Shown: one piece after another, positions 1 through 13,280 of the stretch
Numbering within the stretch: position 1 is the first letter of the stretch
Layout of the letters: each line of letters starts with the position of its first letter
NCBI GenBank assembly: GCA_024679065.1
Contig: JAGIQG010000002.1
Location: forward strand, 129,828,001 to 129,892,000
Reading direction: 5' to 3'
Source: Sphyrna mokarran
Taxonomy: Eukaryota
DNA length: 64,000 nucleotides
The notes under the pieces: generated by a model
What the model was told of the DNA's origin: nothing
The model's input: only the letters and a program-made list of their open reading frames with translations
Databases searched by the model: none
Position numbers and translations under genes: made by a program

Positions 1-333
1 ACTGCCCTGGAAAAGCAGCCAGCATAATCAAGAGCTTCATACATTCCAGACATTCTCTCTCCCACTTTCTTCCTTACGGGAAAAAAACACGGAAGTCTGA
101 GATCACGTACCAATCGACTCAAAATAGCTTTTTCCCTGCTGTCATCATACTTTGAATGGACCTACCTCGCATTAAGTTGATCTTTCTTTACATCTTAGCT
201 ATGATTGTAACATTACATTCTGCACTCTCTCCTTTCCTTCCAAACATATGGTATGCGTTGTCCGTATAGCATGCAAGAAACAATACTTTTCACTGTGTAC
301 TAATACATGTGGCAAAAATAAATCAAATCAATC
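1..333 (+). mobile_element. Rex1/Babar-like LINE 3' end
   Basis: Decayed CPGKAASIIK...H...LRSRTNRLKNSFFP C-terminus and an aataaatcaaatcaa tail. Homologous to 9900-10435 and 28168-28465. Confidence 0.7.
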
Positions 334-387
334 TTAGAGGAAAGCAGAAGCCTTTTTTTTTATTTCTGATCCTTTATGCTGAGTGCA

Positions 388-672
388 GTATGGTGATACA
401 ATGGTTAGCACTGCTGCCTCACAGCGCCAAGGATCCAGTTCGATTCCCAGCTTGGGTCACTGTGTGCAGTTCTCCTCATGGGTTTCCTCCAGGTGCCCCA
501 GTTTCCTCCTACAATCCAAAAGATGTGCTGGTTAGGTGCATTGGCCTTGCTAGATTCTCCCTCAATGTACCCGAATAGACACCGGAGTGTGGCGACTACG
601 GGATTTTCACAGTAACTTCATTGCACTGTTAATGTTAGCCTACTTGTGACTAATAAATAAACTTTTACTTTA
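388..672 (+). mobile_element. tRNA-derived V-SINE (HE1-like), tail type B
   Basis: Head tggttagcactgctgcctcacagcgccaagg...gttcgattccc (A/B boxes), V-domain gggtttcctccaggtgccccagtttcctcc, tail cttgtgactaataaataaacttt. Confidence 0.85.
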
Positions 673-831
673 GTAGCCAGAGTATCTTCTCTAGCCCCGC
701 TCCTTCTTTAGTCCTCCCTTACAGGTTTTGACCAGTGGCATCTTAAAACTCAAACCTGTGTCTGTCTATATTGAAACTTTCATTCAGCTGGCACTAGCTT
801 CAATCTGACATGTCCATTTCTGTACGCGCAG

Positions 832-967
832 ACCGATGTGATGCACCAGAGTGTGTACGACTTCATCCATGTCGATGATCGACAGGAGTTCCAGAGGCAG
901 CTACACTGGGCAATGAATCCACCTCAGCAAGCGGCAGGGCAGGAACCTCCAGGCCAGGGAGCGAATG
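832..967 (+). CDS. AHRR: AHRR internal coding exon (PAS-A; equivalent to AHR exon 5)
   Basis: AG at 830-831, GT at 968. Translates [45 protein letters not shown](G), close to recalled human AHRR [31 protein letters not shown]. 136 nt, ends phase 1. Upstream exons lie outside the window. Confidence 0.93.
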
Positions 968-1593
968 GTGCGTACTTTCCGACAACTTGCTTTCTCATGA
1001 TCCTCAATTTACAATGACATACAAGGAGTGACTCTTTTACGGTAGCAGTCAAATAAGAATATTTTACTGAACAGATGAGGGTGGACCTTTTAATTTCATA
1101 GCGCCTGGTTTTTACAACCGGGTGTTCTTTTTGACAAACATAACAAAAAACATTCAGCCAGACAGCGTTGAGATTGCAGTCAAATATAGACCAGCCCAAG
1201 CCAGAAGCTCTCCACTTTTGAACTCATTGGAAGGGGCTTGTGAATTTGTCCAGTAATATTAGTTTAACAACTGAGATTCAGCAACCCATTTTATTACCTC
1301 CCAAGTTTCAATTCTGTTGACTTTATTTGTTATACGGTCACACAAAGTCAAAATTAAGTTTATTTATTAGTCACAAGTAGGCTTACATTCTTCTTCTCCA
1401 TCTTGGCTTTTTAATGACTATCTGGCAGCTTTTATTATCCTGTTTCTTGTGCCAGATCACAAATTGCAAAAGTAAGTGAATTCAGTTCTATAATTTCTCG
1501 GAACTCACAAGGGCCGGAACTTTCCACTCTGGTGCAATTCAAATGATATTTATTTCAGTGCAACAGTAAGATAGAAGACTAGCTTATCCACCA

Positions 1594-1926
1594 GGGGCAG
1601 AACAGTGGTTAACACTGCTGCCTGACAGCACCGTGGACCCAGGTTCGATTTCCGGCTTGGGTCACTATCTGCGTGCAGTTTGCGTGTTCTTCCTGTGTCT
1701 GCATGGAGTTTGCATGTTCTTCCTGTATCTGGGTGAGTTTCCTCTGGGTACTCTGGTTTCCTCCCACCGTCCAAAGATGTGTAAGTTAGGTGAATTGGCC
1801 ATGCTAAATTCTTCCTCAGTGTACCCAAACAAGTGTCAGAGTGTGGCAACTAGGTTATTTTCACAGTGACTTAATTGCAGTATGAATGTCAGCCTACTTG
1901 TGATTAATATATAAACTTTAACTTTA
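1594..1926 (+). mobile_element. V-SINE, tail type B, with an internal ~30-bp tandem duplication
   Basis: Same head, core and tail; gtttgc(g/a)tgttcttcctgt(g/a)tct repeated twice at ~1677-1735. Confidence 0.85.
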
Positions 1927-3745
1927 GCTTTATGTTAGGTACCCTTCACTGGAAAACCCTGTATTGTTATTAGTTCTGTATCTGACCCACGCTGCTAACT
2001 AATGAAATCCCCATGGCATCCGAGCCCCATAAAGTTATTATTTTCTCATCATTAAAACCAACCGTTAAAAACAAGGCAGCTGTGAGTGTTTGAATCTCAG
2101 AAGCATTCTCCCAGCAGGCAAGATTCCCTGTGGAGAAGCACAAATCGTGTCAGATTCTAGCTGTGGAAAAATAATGGGTGATTGAGCAAACGATCAAATG
2201 TAACTCATTGGAGATAAATATTAATCCTCGACTACTTTGTCAGATCAATATCTCGCTTTGGTGTCAGAGGTGCTATCTTTCAGAGGGACTATTAAATTAA
2301 GATCCTGTTTGTCTCTCAGCTGGACATCAAAAATTTAATGCCACTATTTTGAAGAAGAGTTGGGAAAGTTTCACCCAGAATTTGCCAACAGTGCCCAACT
2401 GGTCAAAAACTCGTTGCTGTGAGCATGCTATGGGCAAACTGGCTGCCTTATTTCCCACATTACAATAGTGGCTATACTTCAGGTATACCTCATTGACTGA
2501 GTAATGAGTTTTGCATCTGTCAGGCACACACACTCAGGGGGTCCAGAGCAGAATGCACTTCCAGCTGCATTCAGAACCAGAACACTGGCCAATTAATGGG
2601 CAGCTAGTGTGAAATGCATGTTGCAAAGGCTTCAGCACTGCTGGTAAGGGTGTGGAGAACAGGCAGAATGTAGGTTTGTGCTTCTAATGGGCTCACTCAA
2701 GGGGACAGCTGCTGCGGAGCTGTCTCGGGGAGCTGCATAAATCCCAATGAAAAAACACTGCACACAATATTTAGGCAGCACCTTTGAACACAAACCTCAG
2801 TCCCCAGATGCCAAATAAAAGTTGCTGCTAGAGGGTAAAAGTACCTGGCCGATCGGCCCACCCACCAACCACACAAGTAGACAGGCCACATAAAATTGCT
2901 TTCAATTGGCTCCCTAATGGGCTAAATTGCCTGTTCGGCTGTCAGTGGGAATGCTTCCAACCCTTGCAGCAACTGAAATATCGCGTGTGTCTTCCTGCAC
3001 AATTAGACATGCTTCTGGATTGGACAAGAGCAACATAAAACTCTGGCCTTTGTGTACTTTTAAAGACAAGATAAAGAAGTAAAGTTTATTACAAAATGGA
3101 TTTCGTTTTATTCCGTGGAAGGTCAAGTACTGTTTTATGTTGCTTAAATCTCAAATTATAGCTGCAGTAAATTTGATGATCACAAATGGAACTTAAATAT
3201 TGGTATCATCTTGTGGTAGGTCTCCCATTTGTGATGTTAGTAGGTTGTAAAGTAGGGCTGCAATCCCGCATTGGAGACTGTAATCTAAGCAGACACTTCA
3301 CTATGGCATTGAGGGTGCAGTGCGTTGTCAGGTCCCCTTCCGAGGGCATATTGAGACAAAGTCTGAGCAGTCTGTCCATGTAGATTTTAAAAACCTGGGA
3401 GGATGACTTGAAAATGTGCATCTCCCTTTAGTCTTCTTTTTCTGTCAATAAATCAAACTAAATGTAGAAATGAACTGGTCTCTATCTCTGCTGCTTGCAA
3501 AATGGCTGCTGTGTTCCATCACCGAGCAAGAGTGAGTACACTTCACTCAATATGAATCACATTGGTACATTGTGAAAGTTTCGATATAAAATGCAAGTTC
3601 CTTCTTTGCAGCATCCCAAGGTGCATTGAAACACCCAAAACCTTCCACTGTCCTATTTATCGCTGTATGTTATCTATCGGATGGTGCTGGTGATCTGATA
3701 TGTCGGTGGGAGATTCATAATTCTGACGCTACCTTTCAATTTCAG

Positions 3746-3873
3746 GTGATGAGTATCTGGGTCCGTTCAAAGTTCACGACCCCAAGATTCTGCCGCCAGA
3801 GTTTTCTCCGTTTCTGAACCGTTGTTTCATCAGCCGAGTGCGTTGCCTGTTGGATAGCACTTCTGGATTCCTG
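3746..3873 (+). CDS. AHRR: AHRR internal coding exon (PAS-A; equivalent to AHR exon 6)
   Basis: tttcag acceptor, gtatgg donor. Translates (G)[42 protein letters not shown]; [11 protein letters not shown] is the AHRR-type version of the AHR-family motif. 128 nt, phase 1 to 0. Confidence 0.94.
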
Positions 3874-4147
3874 GTATGGAAATGGTTGAGGAAGAGCTTG
3901 TCAATTGTCAACTGATTTGGGATCCAAATGGTTAAATCTGACTTGACAGCCCAGATGTGGGACTGTGATGAAGAGTTTACAAATTATAAAGATGTCGCAG
4001 CTTGCCTCTCACAGAAATAAGAGTGGGCTCACACATGGGATGTGATTGTACAGACATGTGAATCTTTCCTCTAAGTCTTCATTTAATGAATGAAAATAAG
4101 TATCACAATTTTGCGCCTGTGTTTGCCGCAGGCACTAACAACATTAT

Positions 4148-5193
4148 GGGCAGAAAAAAAATCAGCAAGCAAGAATTTTGTGAGCGAGAACTCGTTTTCT
4201 GATTCTCCCCATGCTTCAGCAGTGATATAATGAGACTCCCACCCAGAAAGGTCAGGAATCTAATTTTTATAAATTAACATTAGAGGGCTCTCCCGCCATA
4301 GCGTAGTATCCCAACAGTACAGAAGGAGGCCATTTGGTCTGTTGAGCCTGCACTGACAACAATCTCACCCTATTTCCATAATCCCATATATTTACCCTGC
4401 TAATCCCCCTGATACTAAGGTCAATTTAGCATAGCCAATCAATCTAACCCACATGTCCTTGGACTATGGGAGGAAACTGGAGCAGCCGGAGGAAACCCAT
4501 GCAGACACGAGGAGAACGTGCAAAGTCCACATAGACAGTGACCCAACCTAGGGATTGAACCTGGGTCCCTGGTGTCCAATGTGCTGCACACCTTGATATG
4601 AATAAAATGAATAATAATTCATATTAGGTATTCACCACTCGCCGACGTGACATCACATCAGTAGGGTTTATAACTGCATTTTACAAACAAGAATCAGGCA
4701 AAGGGAACAGGGGCACATGGGGAGATATGGCTCTCTGTGAGGTGGGAGGCAGAGAGAGATGTTCATGCCCAGGTATCACCCTGATGCTGCCCCCTGGCAG
4801 TGTTGGGGCAATGCCCAGGTGGAGCCCACTGAGGATCTCAATTGGGGAATTTCCTCCTGTGCATGTCGGAAGGGGGGGGGGGGGGGGTTCCCCTTGTGTA
4901 TATGGGGCAGGTGGAAAGTCCTCCTTGTGCTGGGGTCCATGGGAGGGAATTCCCCACATCAGGGAAGGTTGTTGGGAAGTTCTTAATTAATTATCAGAGA
5001 CAGGGCATCCTTCAATAGAGACGTTGCTGGCTTTTTCTGGTCCCGTGCCACCCCCTCCAGTCTGACACCGTGACCGTGCCTCCATCCTTTTCTGCACAGA
5101 ATGGCAAGAGAAGTCAACAGTGCAATTGGTGAGCCGCAGACTGAGTTTCTTGCCTCAGCAGGGACTCTGTGCAAGAAACAGAAAACTCTGCCC
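4148..5193. mobile_element. Putative MITE or non-autonomous DNA element with a nested V-SINE and a G16 run (4872-4887)
   Basis: Termini gggcaga.../...tctgccc and imperfect subterminal inverted similarity (gagcgagaactc / gagtttcttgcctc). No clear TSD. Confidence 0.35.
4300..4575 (-). mobile_element. V-SINE, tail type A (CR1-like tail), nested in a MITE-like element
   Basis: Reverse of the V-SINE core with a ggcctccttctgtactgt tail. Confidence 0.8.
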
Positions 5194-5651
5194 AAGGGAT
5201 CCAAAATTTTAATTCTTCAGTCTGCAGGTCAATGATATTTACATAACAGGATTTAGATTTTGTACTATTAAGTGCTCATGAACTGACGCTTTCTGGAGTA
5301 TAATGTTGTTCGCCTTTGGAGAAAAGAATCCTGTGTGTGTGCGCCAGTTATGGTCCCTGATAACAAGCTTTGGAAGTCCCAGTTGAACTATAGAGTTCCA
5401 ATAAAGGTACACTGAAATTGAGCCCAATCACCTGAGAGCCGTGGGGATTGTGGAGGGGATTGGGAGTTGCAAAACCGGCATATTCTAATACTGATGCTAC
5501 CAAAGAGACCAGAAAACCATTTAGGTTGGAGAGACCAGAGGATAGTACCAGTCGACTGGCAGGAGCTGAGAGACACATGTAGTGTGGCATGGCAGGCCCT
5601 TCAGAATTAAAAATTAAATTAAAAAAAGGCCATCCAGCCTGTTCTGTCAAT

Positions 5652-5970
5652 CCATAGAAACCCTACAGTGTGGAAGGAGCCATTTAGTCTATCGAACCTA
5701 CAGTGACAACAATCCCACCCAGACCCTGTCCCTGTGACCTCACATATTTACCCCGCAAATCCCTGTAAACGATGCCTCCCAGGACACTAAGAGGCAGTTT
5801 AGCATGGCCAACCCACCTAATCCATACATCTTTAGACTGTCGGAGGAAACTGGAGCATCCGGAGGAAACCCACATAGAGAATGGGCAAATTCCACACAGA
5901 CAGTGACACAAGCCTGGAATTGAACTCAGGTCTCTGGAGCTGAAAGGAAGCAGTGCTAACCACTGTCCTG
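5652..5970 (-). mobile_element. V-SINE, tail type A
   Basis: catagaaaccctacagtg...gaggaaactggagcatccggaggaaaccc...gcagtgctaaccactg. Confidence 0.85.
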
Positions 5971-6445
5971 CCTGTCACCATTAGGTCATGGTTGATACGC
6001 ATCTTAATGTTGCTTACCTACCTTGATTCTAAAACTCTTAATACCTTGTCCAACAATTGGTCTCAGTCTTGATATTTTCAACTGACATCAACAACTTTTT
6101 GGGAGACAGTTCCAGATTTCCACTATGCTGGGTGTGACGAAGTGCTTCCTGGTATCACCCATATATGACCTAGCTCTAATTTCAGCATTATTTCCCCCTT
6201 GTTCAGGTCTCCCTCAACAGAGGAAATTGGTTTTCTCCCTCCACCCTATCAATTCTTCCAATCAACTTAAGCCACCAAATTGGGTCACCCCTTAATCCTC
6301 TACAATTGAGGAAATTATAGTGTCAGTTCCACATAGTTACAACCATGTCACTAGACTTGGCGTTCATGAAATTTATTTGCTCTGATCGTCTAACTTCCTT
6401 CCTCTTTTTCACACCTCCCCGTTCCCTTCCATCTTCTCATGAAAG

Positions 6446-6648
6446 ACGATGCAGTTTCAAGGCAGACTGAAGTTTCTCCAGGGACAGAGGAAGAAAACTG
6501 GCTCCGGGGCCAACCTTCCGCCACAACTGGGTTTGTTCTGTATCGCCGTGCCTCTGCTGTTCCCCCCAATCAGCGAACTCAAGCTGAAAGGCTTGCTCCT
6601 CAAGGGCAAACACAGGCTCGACCTCAGCCCTACCACACTCAATGCCAA
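6446..6648 (+). CDS. AHRR: AHRR internal coding exon (end of PAS-A and start of PAS-B; equivalent to AHR exon 7)
   Basis: Pyrimidine tract then aaag acceptor, gtaagt donor at 6649. [67 protein letters not shown](K). 203 nt, phase 0 to 2. Confidence 0.94.
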
Positions 6649-8034
6649 GTAAGTGCCCTATCTCAATTCTCCTGGAATTCTCAGCCTGTGAGGTGATGGA
6701 AGCAGATACAATTGTAACTTTTGAAACATGACCTTGAGAAAGAAAGACTTGCAGGTGCAAGGGAAGTGGGATTATTGGATAGCTTTGCCATGCCTTCTTC
6801 CTTTATTCTTTCATGTGGGTGTTGCTGGCTGGGCGAGTATTTGTTGCCCGTCCCTAATCGCCCTTGAACTGAGTGGTTTGCTCCGCCATTTCAGTTAAGA
6901 GCAATCACATTGCTGTGGATCTGGAGTCACAAGTAGGCCAGACCAATTAACGACAGCAGAATTCCTTCCCTGATGGGACATTAGTGAACCAGATGGGTTT
7001 TTGCAACAACTGGCAATGTTTTCAACATTAGACTTTTAATTCCAGATTTTTGTTTTACTAAATCTTCGATGGTGGGGTTCGAACCCAAGTCACCGGACTA
7101 CCAGTCTAGTGACAATACCACAATTCCTTCCCTGTGCTGCATGATCCTACAAAATGTGGGTCAGTCAAAAAGAAGTGGGAATAAAGAAAGCTCTTGAGAA
7201 CTGGAATGCGTTGAAGAGTTTGAGACTCACATTGCTTCATAGACTTGGCTCACTAGTGTCTTGTAGAGAAGAAATGCCTTCGTCCATACCAGCCTGGGCA
7301 GCTCTTTGACTTCGTCTATCAACAGCATTGGTTTGCGAAGCAGACTTAATGGGCTAAATGGGCTACTTCTGCTCCTACGTCCTATGGAGTTTGTTATGTT
7401 GTAACATTTGAGCGTAATCAAGAGATTTCGAGTGGAACAAAAGATATTGATTGAGATGGGACCCTTAGTACAGGAGTTTGCAGCCCTTAGCTGTGCTGGA
7501 GCAGTAGCTCCAATCTCTAGATCTTCTCAACAAGGCTTCCAGATCATTCTTTTGAGAGAAGACTCCACCCTCTGGGGTGATCACTCACTCCCGGTCCCCA
7601 TTGGTCCCTCAAGTCAAATGACTGACTTCTGCTGTACTGCCTTAAAGAGACAGACACCACAACAACATACTTCTAACTACCTTCTGGAGTGACACAGCAA
7701 GTTATATGAAATGGCCACTCAGAGCATCTAGAAATGGACATTAAGTGCTACCCTTGCTGATGTTGTCTATCCTGATTACTCTGAGAAGGTGATACAAGGC
7801 TTTCTCCTTGAATTGCTTACAAGTTGACACATCTAAGTGCCTTGTTAGGCTATTTCAAAGGGCAGTTGGTGCAATCATGATGAATGTTATTTTTGTTGAT
7901 CCCTGCTCTTTATTTCCACATTTTTATCTCTTGTCACTAAAAATGTCACTGTCACTAAAAATGGATGGAATTCATGTTTCATTTGTAAACAATATGTCTC
8001 AAAAACCAATGGATGAATTTTAACAAAACATTTT

Positions 8035-8251
8035 TAAGTTTATTAATTATTAATTATTGTTACAAGTATGTTTATATTAACACTGCAAAGGAGTTAAAAT
8101 CCACTAGTTGCTACACTACGGTGCCTGTTTGAGTACAATGGGGGAGAATTTAGCACGGCCAATGCACCAAACCAGCACATCTTTCATACTGTGAGAGGAA
8201 ACTGGAGCACCCAGAGGAAACCCACGCAGACACGGAGAGAATTTGCAGACT

Positions 8252-8288
<37 letters not shown>

Positions 8289-8368
8289 GACCCAAGCTGG
8301 GGAATCGAACTCGGAGTCCCTGGCATTGTGAGGCAGCATTGTTAACTACTGTGACACTGTGCCACCCA
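8035..8368 (-). mobile_element. V-SINE, tail type B, containing a (CA)17 microsatellite
   Basis: Full reverse copy with (CA)17 at 8253-8286. Confidence 0.85.
8253..8286. repeat. (CA)17 microsatellite
   Basis: Read directly. Confidence 0.98.
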
Positions 8369-8839
8369 GTATCTGTGTATCTTGGTATGCAGATAGATAT
8401 GGTCAAAATTGATGAGTTTTTGAAGAAGTTGTGAATCCAGATATGGACTATTAACATTGTGGGGCAGGGCAGAGGGGCATATTGATTTTTTAAAGAATAT
8501 TTATTTAGAATGTTGTTGATTTTTTTTTAGAATGTTGTGGATCATCTCAACTGAGTGTGTATTTGTCACAGCTACAGATGTGAGCAGAGTTTTCAGAACA
8601 GGTTGTTGGATGCGGATGGGCCTGAAGTTTCCTCAGTGTGATAGAAGCTCTGAATACAGAGATTTTCTGATTCAGCCTTATGGTTGCAGAGCATCAGCCA
8701 GACGTTGAAAAACCTCAGAAAGGAATTACATAATCATAAAGATGTTGGGTTAACACAGTGTGACAGAGATATAAGAAAATAGACTATAGAAAATAGGAGC
8801 GCAAGTTATGTCCTCAGTCAAGTTATTTTAAATAGAAGT

Positions 8840-9150
8840 GGGTGGCATGGTGGGACAGTGGTTAGCACTACTGTTTCCAATTGTCAGGGACCTGAGTTCT
8901 ATTCCAGCCTTGGGTCACTGTCTATGCGGAGTTTGCACATTCTCACCATGTCTGCATGAGTTTCTTCTAGGTGCTCCAGTTTCCTCCCACAGTCCCAAAA
9001 TGTGCGGGTTAGGTTGACTGGGGTCATGCTAAATTGCCCCTTAGTATCAGGGAGATTAGCAGGGTAAATATGTGGGGGAAAGGGTGGGATTATTGTCAGA
9101 GCAGGTTCGATGGGCCACATGGCCTCCTTCTGCACTGTAGGGATTCTACG
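8840..9150 (+). mobile_element. V-SINE, tail type A
   Basis: gggtggcatggtgggacagtggttagcac...ggcctccttctgcactgtagggattcta. Confidence 0.85.
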
Positions 9151-9505
9151 AATTCAAGATTTCAAAGTGCCAAGCGATTTTAGCTCTCATTATCTGTACT
9201 ATTAGTTTAAGCGTCTAATAATTAGCCCAGAACCATTACACATTATATTGGTAAAAGCATTCTGGATGACAGCAGGCATTCAGTGGATAGATAGATTGTG
9301 ATGGTAGTAGGTGTTGAAATGTGATAATAATGCAGATAAAACAAGTAATCATAACATACATACAATCATTAAAATAAACATAAAGAATACAAAGATAACA
9401 GGGCTGCACAATTGTGAACATTTTGGTATAGAAATAATTACAGTTGTTTGCAAAATGAGGTCCCTTTAACTTACAGAAAAGAACACTGACTTCCCCTTCA
9501 AAGCT

Positions 9506-9777
9506 AAAGTTTATTTATTAGTCACAAGTAAGTCTTACATTAACATTGTAATGAAGTTACTGTGAAATTCCCCTAATTGCCAGAGTCCGGCGCCTGTTTG
9601 GGTCAATGCACCTAACCAGCACGTCTTTTGGACTGTGGGAGGAAACCAGAACACTTGGAAGAAACACACACAGACACAGGGAGAATGTGTGTAATGTCCT
9701 TACAGACAGTGACCCAAGCCGGGAATCGAACCGAGGTCCTTGGAGCTGCAAGGCAGCAGTGCTCACCACTGCCACCT
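9506..9777 (-). mobile_element. V-SINE, tail type B
   Basis: aaagtttatttattagtcacaagt...gacagtgacccaagccgggaatcgaacc...gcagcagtgct. Confidence 0.85.
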
Positions 9778-9899
9778 CTAGTTCGGTTCAGAACACACCT
9801 CCACCCACCCAAGTCCACCCCTTGTCCATTTTCACTGACCTTAGCAATAAGCAAAGCCAGAGCTGTTCAAATCCAGGAAAATATCAGGGAATATCACAT

Positions 9900-10435
9900 G
9901 GCTCCCAAGTGGACAAAAGATTGTGAACATAGCTCAGTCCATCACTCAAACCAGCCTCCCATCCATTCACTCAGTCTACAATTCCTGCTGCCTCAGGGCA
10001 AGCAGCCAAAGTAATCTAAGACCCTACTTACCCCGGACATGCACTCTTCCACCTTCTTCCATTTGGAAAAAAGTCTGAGGTCACGTACCAACCAACTCAA
10101 GGACAGCTTTTTTCCTGCTGCCATCAGACTTTTGAATGGTAGTATCATCTATTAAGTTGATCTTTCTCTTTACCCTACCTGTAACTACAACACTATATTT
10201 TGCATCCTTTCCTTTCCTTCTCCCCTATGTACTTTATGAATGAGTGCCAGGGTAAATACATGGGGTTTTGGGAATAGGGCATGGGCTGGGATTGTGGTTG
10301 GTGCAGGCTCAATGGACCAAATGGCCTTCTTCTGCACTGCAGGGATTCTGTGGAATGTTTTGTCAGTCTAGCGCATAAGAAACAATCAGTTTTCACTGTA
10401 TCCCAGTACACGTGACAATAATAAGTCAAATTAAA
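9900..10435 (+). mobile_element. Rex1/Babar-like LINE 3' end with a nested SINE-tail fragment (~10245-10355)
   Basis: gctcagtccatcactcaaaccagcctcccatccatt...ccccggacatgcactcttccaccttcttcc...tcacgtaccaaccaactcaag; same 3' UTR as 1-333. Confidence 0.7.
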
Positions 10436-10775
10436 AAGTGTTATCCCCTTTCTCACCTTTTCCCAGCCCTCTCTACTCTCCCCTCAACCTTCCATATGTC
10501 GATCCCTTGTCCTAAACTCAGGACAGAAAGAATTAATCCTGGTTCAGGATACTGCCAGTCCCTTCCCATAATTGATAATTGATTACGGGGAGGCCTATAG
10601 TGGTAAAGGCTGAAGATCTGTTGTGAATATTTCAAGTCTGAGACCAAGGAGTTTTTGTTCGTTAAGGGGTATAGAGCAGGTAAATACCATTGGGGTACAG
10701 ATCTGCCAAGACCTGATTGAATGACAGGAACAGCTCAAATAGCCGAATGAACTACTCCTATTGCTCTTCATGTTT

Positions 10776-11065
10776 TAAGTTTATTTATTAGTCACAAGTA
10801 GGCTTACGTAATGAAGTTACTGTGAAAATCCATTAATCGCCACACTGCGGCACCTGTTCGGGTACACTGAGGGAGAATTTAACATGACCAATCAATGCAT
10901 CTAACTTTAGACTGTGGGAGGAAACCGGAGCAGCCAGAGGAAACCCACGCAGACATGGGGAGAATGTGCAAACTCCAAACAGACAGTGATCCAAGGCCGG
11001 AAATCGAACCTGGATCACTAGCGCTGTGAGGCAGCAGTGCTAACCACTGTGCCACTGTGCCACCT
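10776..11065 (-). mobile_element. V-SINE, tail type B
   Basis: Near-complete reverse copy. Confidence 0.85.
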
Positions 11066-12139
11066 AACCTCTAACCTCTAATTAACCTCTTAGTTAAGAG
11101 GTCTCTGCTCAGCAGCACATTAGGTAACAATTGGACACAGATGCAGTAACAATAAATATACACTTTTTATTTTCACGTGTCAAGAAGTGATCGAACTGGG
11201 CAATGTTGCAAAAAGAAATGGATAAATTTTTCTCTGCAGTCTGTTCAACAAGTCAGGCTCTTGAGAATTCTGCTGTTTTCCAGCTTCTACCTTAACGTTG
11301 GAGTAAATCAGATGTGAATATTAGGGCAATGAGCTGACTGATAAATGAAAACAGTTTTTTTAATAGGGAGAGGGAAAACAATATTCAGCATTCAGTTTCT
11401 CACCTTGTTCACCTGATCCCCACCTCAGCACCTGCCTTGCAACAATCAGGGTAGCTTTAGCACGCAAAGTACTTGGGTCAGAATGCAAGATGTCAACTTG
11501 CCTGTTTCCTCCAAAGGTGATGCCTAAATGAGTGTTTCCAGCATTTTGTTTTTGTCCCAAGTGTATTTAGTCCCTATAACCTCTATCAAAATATTTGCCC
11601 TGAACTATTCATCAAGCAATGCAAAGTCCAACATTACCATCTGCTGGTAAACAGCTGGAACTACATGTGCAGCTTCCCAGCCGCTGGTCAAAATCCTGGA
11701 ATTCCCTCCCTAACGGCATTGAACCATAGAATGAACCTTAGAAACCCTACAGTGCAGAAAGAGGCCATGTGGTCCATTGAGTCTGCTCCGACCACAATCC
11801 CACCCAGGCTCTACATATTTACCCGCTAATCCCTCTAACCTACGCATCTTAACTCACTAAGGGGCAACTTTAGCATGACCAATCAACCTAACCCACACAT
11901 CTTTGGATGTACAATTGTGGTTATGGACTGCAGTGATTCAAGAAGGCAGCTCACCACCACCTTCGCAAGGGCAACTAGGGATGGGCTAGCCAATGACACC
12001 CATGTCGCACAAATGAATTTTTTTTAAAGTTTTGTTTTAAATTGCTTTTAAAAGCTGCAAAGCTGACAACCACTCAGCAATTTCTTTCGAACTGGCAATG
12101 TAAGTTTCAGTGAAGTGAAATCTGCTCTGCTTTGTCTAA

Positions 12140-13280
12140 TTCATTTACGGGATGTGGGCGTCACTGGTCAAGCCACAGTTTATTGCCCATCCTTTAGTTG
12201 CCCTTGAGAAAGTGGTGGTGAGCTGCCTTCTTAAAGCGCTGAAGTGCATGTGTTGTAGGTACACCCACAGTCCTGTTAGGAAGAGAGTTCCAGGATTTTG
12301 ATCCAGTGACAGTGAAAGAACAGCAATGTATTTCCAAGTCAGCATGATGAGTGGATTGGAGGAAAACTTCCAGGTGGTGATGTTCCCAGGTATTTGCAGC
12401 TCTTGTCCTTCTAGATGGTAGCAATTGTGGGCTTGGAAGGTGCTGTTTAAGGAGCCTTGGTGAGTTCCTGCAATGCATCTTGTAGATAGTACACATATCT
12501 TCTACTGAACATTGTTGGTGGAGGGAGTAGATATTTATGGCTGTGGTGCCAGTCAAACGGCTGCTTTATCCTAGATGATGCCAAGCTTCCTGAGTGTTGC
12601 TGGAGCTGCACTTATCAGGAAAGGGGGGAGTATTCCATCACACTCCTGACATGCCTTGTAGATGGTAGACAGGCTATGGAGAATCAAGAGGTGAGTTACT
12701 CACTATAGTATTCCCAGCCTTTGATCTGCTCTGGTAGCCAGGGTATTTATATGACAAATTCAGTTTAGTTTCTGGTCAAAGGTAACCCTCAGAATGTTGA
12801 TTGAGGGGGAGCAAGTGATGGTGATGCCATTGAATATCAAAGAGTGATGGTTAGATTCTCTTTTGTTGGAGACTGCCATTGCCTGGCATTGGTGTAGCAT
12901 GCACATCACTTTCCACTTGTAAAGCCAGGCCAGGATATTGTCCAGGTCTTGCTGCAGTTGGACTGCTTCAGTATCAGAGAAGTCATGAATGGTGCTGAAC
13001 ATTGTGCAGCGAACGTCCCCACTGATGACCTTATGATGGAGGAAAGGATGCCACAACAGTACCCTGAGAAACCCCAACATTAATGTCCTGGAACTGAGAT
13101 GACTGACCTCCAATAACCACAACCGTCTTCCTTTGTGCTAAATATGATTCAAATTGGAGAGACATTTTTCCCCGGATTCCCATTGACTCCAGTTTTGCGA
13201 GCGCACTTTGATATCACACTCTGTCAAATGCTGCTTTGATATCAAGGGCAGTCACTCTTATTTCAGCTCTTTTGTCCATA
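12140..13280 (-). mobile_element. CR1/L2-clade LINE 3' portion (second family)
   Basis: Minus-strand remnants MFSTIHDFSDTEAVQLQQDLDNILAW, INILRVTFDQKLN, CTIYKMHCRNSPRLL and SKSWNSLPN; tail gacgcccacatcccgtaaatgaat. Continues at ~13725-13830 beyond a nested SINE. Confidence 0.8.

Noticed and set aside
388-460. tRNA genes at SINE heads (A/B boxes) throughout the window
   Set aside because: Each continues into a V-domain and LINE-like tail, and no full cloverleaf is evident; these are SINEs.
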